A stretch of 13,829 nt of DNA from an uncultured Deinococcales bacterium (lineage in GTDB: Bacteria; Deinococcota; Deinococci; Deinococcales; JAAFIG01), in contig CAXTKV010000145.1 of assembly GCA_964244895.1 (NCBI GenBank), positions 1-13,829 on the forward strand, written 5' to 3'. Shown one piece after another: positions 7,540 to 13,829 of the stretch (position 1 is the stretch's first letter; each line of letters begins with the position of its first letter). A program made the position numbers and the translations under genes. The notes under the pieces are model-generated. The model was not told the DNA's origin, ran no database searches, and worked only from the letters and a program-made list of their open reading frames with translations.

Positions 7540-8946
7540 TTACGCCGTCTTCGGGGCGTTCGCCGCAATGGGGCTGACACTCTGCTCGGGCTCGGATTCG
7601 GCCAGCGGCAAGCGAACCGTGAAGCGCGCGCCGGATGAGGTGTTGTCGGCTTCGGCGCTGCCGTGGTGGGCTTGCACCAGGCTTCTGACGACCGCCAGAC
7701 CGACGCCGGAACCGCCGGATCTGGAATAAAACCGGTCAAAGATCTGCGGCAGGTCATCTTTGGGGATGCCGGGGCCGTTGTCGGTGATCTCGAGTACGGC
7801 GCTCTGACCGTCGGCGCGCAAGTTGACGCGCACCAGGCCGTCGCCACCCTCCTGGGGGCTGCCGTGGCGGGTGATGGCGGACGTGGCGCGCAGGGCGTTG
7901 CGCACCAGGTTCCGCACGATCTGGCGCAACCGCAATGGGTCACCGATGACCTCGAGCGGCTGGTCGGGCGGCGCGTACTGAATGGGCGCGTCCGGGTGTT
8001 CGTTGACGACGCTGGCGGCGATCTCGCGCAGGTCCACCAGGTGCGGTTCGATGGTGGGCGTCAGGTCGCCGCGCGAAAGCAGCAGCAGGTCTTCGGCGGT
8101 TCGGGCCACGTCCCAGGCGGCGTCCCGAGCGATGCCCATGCGGGCGTCGGGCACGTCCTGGGCCAGGCGCTCGAGTTGCGCGGTCAGGATCGTGAGGGGC
8201 GTGCCGAGTTCGTGCGCGATCTCGGCCAGCATGCCGCGTTCGGCGTTCTGGCGTTCGCGGATGCCGGACAATGCCCGGTCGAGCGCCCCGACGAGCGCCC
8301 CGACCTCGTCGTCCTGCCGCCCCTCGAGCCGCAGGGGTTCGGGTCTGGCCGGATCGATCCGTGCGGCCTTGATGGCGGCACGCTCGAGCCGCGCCAGCGC
8401 CCGACCGCCGACCGCGTAGCCGAGCGGGTAGGCCAGCGCGGTCGCCAGGAGCGCCAGCAGGCCCAGCACGATTCCGGCCAGGTTGCGGGTCTGCACCAGG
8501 TCGCTGGCGTCCACGGCGGCCAGGATCGTGCCAGCGCGAGCGCCGCGCAGCGTCCACGGTCCCTGCCAGACCCACAACCAGCCGCGACCGCCGCGCGCCA
8601 GACCGCGCGTGTTGGGCAGGTTCAGGCCTTGCAGGTTTCTGGACGCGAAGCCCGGCACGGGTTTGCCGTCCGATTGAAGAATCTGGTAGTACACGCCGCT
8701 GGCGATCACGGGCGCTTCCAGCACGGCTTTCAAGGGATCATCGAAGCGCTGTTGGAACGCCCGCCCATAAACTGCCAGATCTGATCGCACGCGGTTCTCG
8801 AGCGTCCAGGACAATCCCGCGTAGGCCAGAACGCCGAGCAAGCCGGTCAGAAAAAGCGTCAGAAGCGTGTAGAGCGCGGCCAGTCGGACGCGCAGGGCCT
8901 GCCGGGGTCGGATTGGAACGTCTCTCACGCGCTCATCTTCGAGCAT
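7540..8946 (-). CDS. HAMP-domain sensor histidine kinase (HisKA + HATPase)
   Basis: Two TM helices, HAMP 'DDEVGALVGALD', H-box 'IAHELGTPLT', N-box 'NLVRNALR', G1 'DNGPGI', F-box 'IFDRFY' and G2 'GSGVGLA'. The exact start is uncertain. Confidence 0.92.
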   Translation of the reverse strand: MLEDERVRDVPIRPRQALRVRLAALYTLLTLFLTGLLGVLAYAGLSWTLENRVRSDLAVYGRAFQQRFDDPLKAVLEAPVIASGVYYQILQSDGKPVPGFASRNLQGLNLPNTRGLARGGRGWLWVWQGPWTLRGARAGTILAAVDASDLVQTRNLAGIVLGLLALLATALAYPLGYAVGGRALARLERAAIKAARIDPARPEPLRLEGRQDDEVGALVGALDRALSGIRERQNAERGMLAEIAHELGTPLTILTAQLERLAQDVPDARMGIARDAAWDVARTAEDLLLLSRGDLTPTIEPHLVDLREIAASVVNEHPDAPIQYAPPDQPLEVIGDPLRLRQIVRNLVRNALRATSAITRHGSPQEGGDGLVRVNLRADGQSAVLEITDNGPGIPKDDLPQIFDRFYSRSGGSGVGLAVVRSLVQAHHGSAEADNTSSGARFTVRLPLAESEPEQSVSPIAANAPKTA

Positions 8947-8999
8947 ACGCTATGGGCTCGAGGGGGCGGGAGGCTCGAGATTCAAAGCGCTCCTCGGGG

Positions 9000-9055
9000 C
9001 GCACCGTCCTGCGCACGAATTTTGACGCACCGAGAATGCCGTGCTGGACGGTGTT
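9000..9055 (+). repeat. Intergenic palindromic element copy F (56 bp, long class)
   Basis: CGCACCGTCCTGCGCA-CGAATTTTGACGCACCGAGAATGC-CGTGCTGGACGGTGTT between the response regulator and kinase genes. Confidence 0.8.
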
Positions 9056-9067
9056 CTCGGGGGCGCT

Positions 9068-9778
9068 TCAGACGAGAGGCTCGCGAAAAGCGTAGCCCGC
9101 GCCGCGAACGGTGCGGATCGCGCCTTCCAGTCCGGCCTCGCGCAGTTTGCGGCGAATGGACGACACGCGCACCTCCAGGGTGTTCGAGTCGGGTTCGGCC
9201 TCGCCGTAGGTCAATTCGCTCAGTTCAATCTGGGAAAAAATCCGTCCGGGACGGCGCGCCAGCACGACCAGCAGATCGAATTCCCTGGCGGAAAGCGCCA
9301 CGTCCTGACCCTTGACGCGGCAGCGCCGCTCGGACGGCTCGAGTTGCAAACCGCCGAATTCCAGGCTCTCGCCGTTGGTGCGCCGCACGCGCAAATGGGC
9401 GTGCAATCGGGCGCGCAACTCGAGCATCGAGAAGGGCTTGGTGATGTAATCGTCCGCTCCGGCGTACAACCCCTCGACCCGATCCTCGAGCGCGCTGCGG
9501 GCCGTCACCGCCAGGATCGCGGGGCCGCCGTCGCGCCGCAGGCCGCGCGATCCATCGTGCCGCAGGGCGCGTGCGACTTCCAGGCCGTCCATGTCGGGCA
9601 ATCCCAGATCGAGTAGCACCGCATCGAAGCGCTCCTGCGCGGCGGCCTCGAGCGCGCCCGTGCCGCTGGTGGCCTGATGCACGTCGTAGCCCGCCATCCG
9701 CAGTTCGCTGGCGATCATCTGGGCCAATCGCGCGTCATCCTCGACCACCAGGACGCGCGGTCTGTGGGTTGCGGTCAC
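9068..9778 (-). CDS. OmpR/PhoB-family response regulator
   Basis: Receiver 'VVEDD...LLDLGLPDMDG...GADDYITKPF' and winged helix 'LSAREFDLL...SNTLEVRVSSIRRKL...IRTVRGAGY'. The GTG start overlaps the upstream TGA (GTGA). Confidence 0.95.
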   Translation of the reverse strand: MTATHRPRVLVVEDDARLAQMIASELRMAGYDVHQATSGTGALEAAAQERFDAVLLDLGLPDMDGLEVARALRHDGSRGLRRDGGPAILAVTARSALEDRVEGLYAGADDYITKPFSMLELRARLHAHLRVRRTNGESLEFGGLQLEPSERRCRVKGQDVALSAREFDLLVVLARRPGRIFSQIELSELTYGEAEPDSNTLEVRVSSIRRKLREAGLEGAIRTVRGAGYAFREPLV

Positions 9779-10299
9779 TTCTTGCCACCTTTCCCGTCCT
9801 TGCCGTCCTTGCCATCTTTGCCGTCCTTGCCATCTTTCCCATCTTTGCCATCTTTCCCGTCCTTGCCGTCTTTGCCACTGTTGCCTTCCCTACTTCCGGT
9901 CTGCCCATCACCGCCCGATGCGCTGCCGGATCGCGGGTTGGTCACCGGATCGCGGTTGCCGGTCTGGCTGACGACCAAGCGTGCATCAAGGCCGCGTTCC
10001 GTCAGGAAATCCCTGACCTCGAGCGCGCGCTGGTTGCTGCCGGAAAGCCGCAGGCGACCATCCGCGATGCTTCCGCTGAACGACACGGGCGCTTCTTTTT
10101 CCCTGACCCACAGCGCCGTGACCGGCCCCTGGTAGGCGTTGAGCGTCAGACGGAATTCCTGACCGGAAGTCACGCCGTAACCGACGATGCGTTCCAGTCC
10201 CGGCTCAAATACGAACAGTTCCGCCGAGGCCGCCAGCCCTCGAGAACCCAGGCACAGCAGCACAAATGCGATCAGGCGGAAGTAGCGGTGCACCATCAT
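9775..10299 (-). CDS. Secreted hypothetical protein with C-terminal collagen-like (Gly-Lys-Asp)9 tail
   Basis: Signal-peptide-like N-terminus 'HRYFRLIAFVLLCLGSRGLA-A'; translationally coupled to the response regulator. Start placed at ATG 10299 (or 10296) because the track start at 10308 lies inside the -10 element. Confidence 0.75.
   Translation of the reverse strand: MMVHRYFRLIAFVLLCLGSRGLAASAELFVFEPGLERIVGYGVTSGQEFRLTLNAYQGPVTALWVREKEAPVSFSGSIADGRLRLSGSNQRALEVRDFLTERGLDARLVVSQTGNRDPVTNPRSGSASGGDGQTGSREGNSGKDGKDGKDGKDGKDGKDGKDGKDGKDGKGGKK
9796..9876 (-). repeat. 9 x 9-bp coding tandem repeat (GGS AAR GAY = GKD)
   Basis: Nine consecutive GKD triplets with mixed synonymous codons. The Gly-X-Y run extends over 9778-9885. 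Confidence 0.9.
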
Positions 10300-10306
10300 G
10301 CAAGGC

Positions 10307-10338
10307 ATCTTAGACGATCACCTGAACCCAGACTGAAC
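10307..10338 (-). promoter_or_regulatory. Promoter of the GKD-protein/RR operon: GTTCAG-N5-GTTCAG tandem box, N9, -10 TAAGAT
   Basis: Plus-strand CTGAAC at 10322-10327 and 10333-10338 (11-bp period); ATCTTA at 10307-10312; ATG follows 7 nt after the -10. Confidence 0.7.
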
Positions 10339-10547
10339 GCGCCCGGTGAGTGGGTATCGATGAGTGTGCAGGTCGAAAGGTAAAAGCGCCAAGTGAGGCT
10401 CGAGGGTTCCTGAGTTGAGCTCGGCCCGAGCCTGTTCTGACGCCCCTGCGACCCGTGACCTTCGTGCGCTTTGTGGGCACCTCGAGTCTTCGGGTTGGAT
10501 GAGTCATGCGAAACCTCGCACCTGCCCGAGATCTGGACATCCACAAA

Positions 10548-10604
10548 AACACCGTCTGGAACGGCATTTCTTCCGAACTCAAGAACACCGTGCTGGACGG
10601 TGTT
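10548..10604 (+). repeat. Intergenic palindromic element copy G (57 bp, long class)
   Basis: AACACCGTCTGGAACG-GCATTTCTTCCGAACTCAAGAACAC-CGTGCTGGACGGTGTT, immediately past the terminator of the lipoprotein gene. Confidence 0.8.
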
Positions 10605-10608
10605 CCCT

Positions 10609-10641
10609 AAAAAAAGAAAGGCCGGGATTATTTCCCGGCCT
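10609..10641 (-). terminator. Rho-independent terminator of the DUF5666-like lipoprotein gene
   Basis: 9-bp stem AGGCCGGGA/TCCCGGCCT (10619-10641) with a 5-nt loop, followed on the minus strand by TTCTTTTTTT. It lies 19 nt after the stop. Confidence 0.9.
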
Positions 10642-10660
10642 CGAATCTTTGGGGTGCGAA

Positions 10661-11743
10661 TCAGTGATTCTGCGAGGGGTCATCGGCCTTCTTGACCCTG
10701 ACCGCCACGGCGTGCACCAGTTTGACATCCGTGGCATCCAAAGAACCATCGACCTGCGCGACCGAACCGTTCGCGAGCGCGCCCTTGACATCGGCGGTGG
10801 CGTAATCCACGGTAAAGCCGTACATCGTGAAGGTCTTGGCAGTCTCGTTCAGATCGGCGATCGCGCCGCGCAACTCGACGCGCGTGCCGGGCTGGTTGGT
10901 CGGAACCTCGAAACCGACCACGCGGCTGGCGTTGATCACGCGCGTGACGTTGATGGCCGTCGGAGCGACCCCAGTCGCCAGCGGAGCGCGCACGCCGCGC
11001 ACCCGCACGAAGCCGTCAGCCACGATCTTGCCGCGCACTTCGGCCTTGGTGTAGTCCACGCTGTGCGTCTTCAGACCGTAAGTGAACAACTTGCCAGCCG
11101 CGTCCAGATCGCGGGCCTTGACGAACAGCTCGACCGCGTTCGGATCGGTGGTCGGATTGGGTTTGCTCGAGTCCACGCCAGCAGTCGGGGTTGGGGGCGT
11201 CGGGGGCGTGGTGGTCGGAACCGTGCGGCGCTCGATGCGCGTGGCGATGATCGAATCGTCCGGCTGCGGCAAGCCCGAAACCTTGACCACGTCGTTGACG
11301 GCCAGATCGGCCAGCGTAATGGCAGTGTTGGTCGCCTCGGATTTGTGATCCACGATGACGGTGTTGGCGTTGACCGTGACTTTCAAGCCCACGACTTCCA
11401 GGGTGTTGCCCGCCGCGTCCAGCGCGTCGATCTGACCCTTGGCGCGGTAACGCAACTCGATGTTTCTGATCCTGATCCGGCCACCGGTGTGCTCGCCGTT
11501 GCCTTCGATTTCGACGCCCGGTTGCACGGCGCTGCTGCTCGAGGCATCACCGTTTTCCGTGACGCTCGCCCCGGCCAGATCCAGGGAAACCCCGTTCATG
11601 GTCGGTGCGCTGCTGGTTCCGCCGACCAGACCGGTCAATGCGACCGCGCCAGCGGTCGGTGTGGTGGGTGTGCTTGGGCTGGCGGTGTTGCAGGCGGCCA
11701 GCAGCGAAAGACCGAGAATCAACGATAGTGCATTGGGTTTCAT
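10661..11743 (-). CDS. Lipoprotein with repeated DUF5666-like (OB-fold-like) domains
   Basis: Lipobox 'LSLLAAC'. Repeated units 'G.I.ALD..G.T..V.GL.V.V...T...L..G..V.V.G......A.RI' are separated by Pro/Thr linkers. GAGG RBS precedes ATG 11743. Confidence 0.8.
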   Translation of the reverse strand: MKPNALSLILGLSLLAACNTASPSTPTTPTAGAVALTGLVGGTSSAPTMNGVSLDLAGASVTENGDASSSSAVQPGVEIEGNGEHTGGRIRIRNIELRYRAKGQIDALDAAGNTLEVVGLKVTVNANTVIVDHKSEATNTAITLADLAVNDVVKVSGLPQPDDSIIATRIERRTVPTTTPPTPPTPTAGVDSSKPNPTTDPNAVELFVKARDLDAAGKLFTYGLKTHSVDYTKAEVRGKIVADGFVRVRGVRAPLATGVAPTAINVTRVINASRVVGFEVPTNQPGTRVELRGAIADLNETAKTFTMYGFTVDYATADVKGALANGSVAQVDGSLDATDVKLVHAVAVRVKKADDPSQNH

Positions 11744-11759
11744 AGTCACCTCGAGGTGG

Positions 11760-11791
11760 ACTGTACCCGCCCGCCTGAACTGTTCCTGAAG
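11760..11791 (-). promoter_or_regulatory. Promoter of the lipoprotein gene: CTTCAG-N5-GTTCAG tandem box, N9, -10 TACAGT
   Basis: Plus-strand CTGAAC 11775-11780 and CTGAAG 11786-11791 (11-bp period); ACTGTA 11760-11765. The geometry is identical to 10307-10338. Confidence 0.7.
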
Positions 11792-12071
11792 CCGCGTTCA
11801 GCTTTCGATCAGCCTGGGCTCATGGACTTCACACGGGTGGATCGGGCGCTCGAATTTCGCCCATCCGCGCGTTCGTGCAAATACGCTGCGAGCGTCTAGC
11901 GATGCTCGCAAGATGCGCGATACCTCGATACAGCGCCTCGCCTCGAGTCCCATCGAGAACACTGCTCGGAAAGTATTCGGAAGGTATCCGGGCGAATCTC
12001 ACCCTTACCCCATCCTTTTGTCGCGCTTCGCGGATAGGCTTCAACAAGATCGCGCTCGAGAGGGGAAGACC

Positions 12072-12848
12072 GTGCAGAACCTACCCATTCGCCTAACGAC
12101 ACTCGGTGCTTGCGCGCTGTACGGCGTGCTCGCCCTGGCGCAGTCCCCAGTCCCAGCCAGCGTCGCGCCGACCCTGGACAAGGCGGTCAGCGCGCACGGC
12201 GGCAACGCCCTGGAAAACCTCAGAACTTACCGCGAGGATTACGTCGTCAACGCCAGCGTGCTGGGCGTGGGCGTGTACAACTTTCGCGTCAAGGCCACCG
12301 TGGATTTCTCCGGGCGGCGCGGCAGGTTGGAGTTCTACAACAACGGCAACCTCGAGAGCATCTACCAGACCACCCCGCAGGCCACGCAGACCTGGAGCAA
12401 AAAGGATGGCCTGAAACCCGCCGATGCGAACGTCACGCCAAAACCCGGCGATCCGTTCACGTTCTCCACGCCGATCAAGGCGGGCGTGTTGGGCTTGCTC
12501 GCCATCGGCAAGACCCGCGACGAGAAAATTTCCGGCGAGCCATCGCTGGAAGTCCAGGGCGTCAAAGGCCCGTCCATTCAGCGCGAGGGCAAGCAGTACA
12601 CCGTCACTTACGTCTTCGGCGCTGATGGCACGCTCCAGGTCGAAAAGAGCGTCTTCACCAACGACAAGGGCGAAAAAAGCGAGATCACGCTGGTCTACGA
12701 CAAGTTCAAGACCGTCGGCGGCCTGAAAATCCCGGTCGGTGGCACGATTTTTTCCAGTCAAATTCCCGGTTTCGCCAGCGCCAAGCTGGAAGTCACCGAC
12801 GTGGACGTGAACCCCGCGCTCGAGGCGAACACCTTCAAGATGCCTTGA
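12072..12848 (+). CDS. Secreted beta-rich hypothetical protein (possibly LolA/lipoprotein-sorting-like fold)
   Basis: GAGAGGGG RBS precedes GTG 12072; signal peptide ends 'VLALA-Q'. The 'LDKAVSAHGG..L..LRT' start and 'YDKFKTVGGLKIP...VDVNPAL...F' end are typical of this class of periplasmic proteins. Confidence 0.7.
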   Translation: MQNLPIRLTTLGACALYGVLALAQSPVPASVAPTLDKAVSAHGGNALENLRTYREDYVVNASVLGVGVYNFRVKATVDFSGRRGRLEFYNNGNLESIYQTTPQATQTWSKKDGLKPADANVTPKPGDPFTFSTPIKAGVLGLLAIGKTRDEKISGEPSLEVQGVKGPSIQREGKQYTVTYVFGADGTLQVEKSVFTNDKGEKSEITLVYDKFKTVGGLKIPVGGTIFSSQIPGFASAKLEVTDVDVNPALEANTFKMP

Positions 12849-12971
12849 GGCTCGAGGCAGGGTGCAGACCCGCCTCGCAGAACCGTGTCCTGTATGGGAG
12901 AACGTGACGCCACGCGTGCAGGCACGACGTGTTCGCGCACCGCAGGGCTTCCTTTTCGCGGAACGTCTGAA

Positions 12972-13027
12972 AAGACCGTCCGGCACGCAAATTTGATCCA
13001 TCAAAGAACACTGTCCAGCACGGTGTC
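12972..13027 (+). repeat. Intergenic palindromic element copy H (56 bp, long class, degenerate)
   Basis: AAGACCGTCCGGCACG-CAAATTTGATCCATCAAAGAACAC-TGTCCAGCACGGTGTC, ending 9 nt from the stop at 13037. Confidence 0.65.
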
Positions 13028-13036
13028 GCTTGAAAT

Positions 13037-13828
13037 TCAGTTTGGTCGTTTCGACTGGCGGACGAGCCAGACATCGCGCAGGGCTTTGAGCTTGGCACTG
13101 TTCGACATGCGTTCGTCGGACAGCACCTCGAGAAAATCCGACAGGCGTTTGGATTTCACGACCGAATAGAGCGTCAGCCAGGTCATCGGGATCACGGAGA
13201 GGATCACGAACAAGAACTTGACGACGGGCGGGCTGTCGGCGGCGGCGATCAAATTGACGCCCAACAAGCCGGTGGTCAGCGTGCCGATCAGCCCCACGGT
13301 CGTCACGACGGTCAGCCGCACGACCGTGTTGGCCTGACGGCGCAGGCTGTCGCTGTCCAGGTACTGGCTCATCTCGCCGATCTCTTCCTTGACTTCCTCG
13401 AAGAGCGCGTTCGAGCCGAGGTGATTGGCGGTCATCTGAAACAGCGCTTTGGCCTGCGCCTCGTCGGAGACATCGTGGAACCAGTAGCGGTGCATGAAGC
13501 GCAAGAAGATCTCGAACTGCTGACGGATGGTGCGCTTGAACTGTTTGACGGATTCGGGATTGTGAACTTCCATGCCGTTCAAGGCGTTGACCAGCCGATC
13601 CGAGAACATCAGCAAGGATGCTTTCTGGAAGTGTGCGATCAGGAAAAGCAGGAAATGCTGGTGCCGGAAACGCGCCAGCGCGCCGCGTTCGGGATCGGTG
13701 AACCGGGTCGACGCGGCATCACCGACGACCACCAGCGCGTGCCCGGAGCAGATCGTGCGCGTGTTCGCGCCATCCGGCGCGTTCCAGTGCCGATCGAAGC
13801 AGTAGCGCCGCTCGAAATCCGCGACGTA
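13037..13828 (-). CDS. CorA-like C-terminal two-TM membrane protein, 5'-truncated by the window edge
   Basis: Frame stays open to the window end (YVADFERRYCFDRHW...). A long helical stalk is followed by 'VVRLTVVTTVGLIGTLTTGLLGVN' (GxN in the position of the CorA GMN motif) and a second TM helix. Confidence 0.7.
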   Translation of the reverse strand, partial: YVADFERRYCFDRHWNAPDGANTRTICSGHALVVVGDAASTRFTDPERGALARFRHQHFLLFLIAHFQKASLLMFSDRLVNALNGMEVHNPESVKQFKRTIRQQFEIFLRFMHRYWFHDVSDEAQAKALFQMTANHLGSNALFEEVKEEIGEMSQYLDSDSLRRQANTVVRLTVVTTVGLIGTLTTGLLGVNLIAAADSPPVVKFLFVILSVIPMTWLTLYSVVKSKRLSDFLEVLSDERMSNSAKLKALRDVWLVRQSKRPN

Positions 13829-13829
13829 G

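Noticed and set aside
9677..10135. Plus-strand ORF with (PSL/PSF)n repeats
   Set aside because: It is the antisense reading of the GKD repeat. The minus-strand gene has a signal peptide, a promoter and translational coupling.
2479..11728. Long alternative-frame or antisense ORFs (e.g. 2479-3651, 5139-6164, 7663-8784, 9571-10383, 10415-11728)
   Set aside because: These are shadow ORFs of well-supported genes in high-GC DNA. They have Arg/Gly/Pro-rich or motif-free translations.
12880..12935. Possible ninth palindrome copy (GAAC...CGCGTGCAGGCACGACGTGTTC)
   Set aside because: Too degenerate to align confidently with the 16-bp arms.
998..13027. Palindromes as integron attC sites (they begin AAC, end GTT and sometimes overlap stop codons)
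   Set aside because: The arms pair fully, without the unpaired R-L spacer and extrahelical bases of attC. The flanks do not fit RYYYAAC/GTTRRRY. The genes are in mixed orientation and include essential holA, and no integrase is visible.
998..13027. Palindromes as a CRISPR array or as ordinary intrinsic terminators
   Set aside because: Copies are 1-2.4 kb apart and separated by genes, with no cas genes. They lack U-tracts, one lies between divergent promoters, and one sits beside a separate genuine terminator.

Overview
GC-rich chromosomal window, most likely from a Deinococcota bacterium. This is inferred from the HolA and NarL-type regulator sequences and from several apparently leaderless genes. 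It carries 14 plausible CDSs: a 5'-truncated copper type II monooxygenase-like gene; a lower-GC minus-strand trio (CdiI-like immunity candidate, DUF4375-like protein, DinB-family protein); holA; a divergent NmrA-like/MarR pair with a palindromic operator; a zinc-ribbon Ser/Thr kinase with an AT-rich membrane tail; a NarL regulator; a HisKA kinase, an OmpR regulator and a secreted (GKD)9 protein; a DUF5666-like lipoprotein; a secreted beta-rich protein; and a truncated CorA-like membrane protein. The most striking non-coding signals are three. (1) Eight copies of an oriented intergenic palindrome, AACACCGTCCAGCACG-spacer-CGTGCTGGACGGTGTT, in two size classes (46-47 and 56-57 bp) that differ by one helical turn. 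(2) About 60 copies of the hexamer CTCGAG by hand count, a HIP-like excess. (3) A shared TTCAG-N6-TTCAG box exactly 9 nt upstream of the -10 element at both the two-component operon and the DUF5666-like gene, which suggests a small regulon. All family calls come from motif recognition by eye; no database searches were run.
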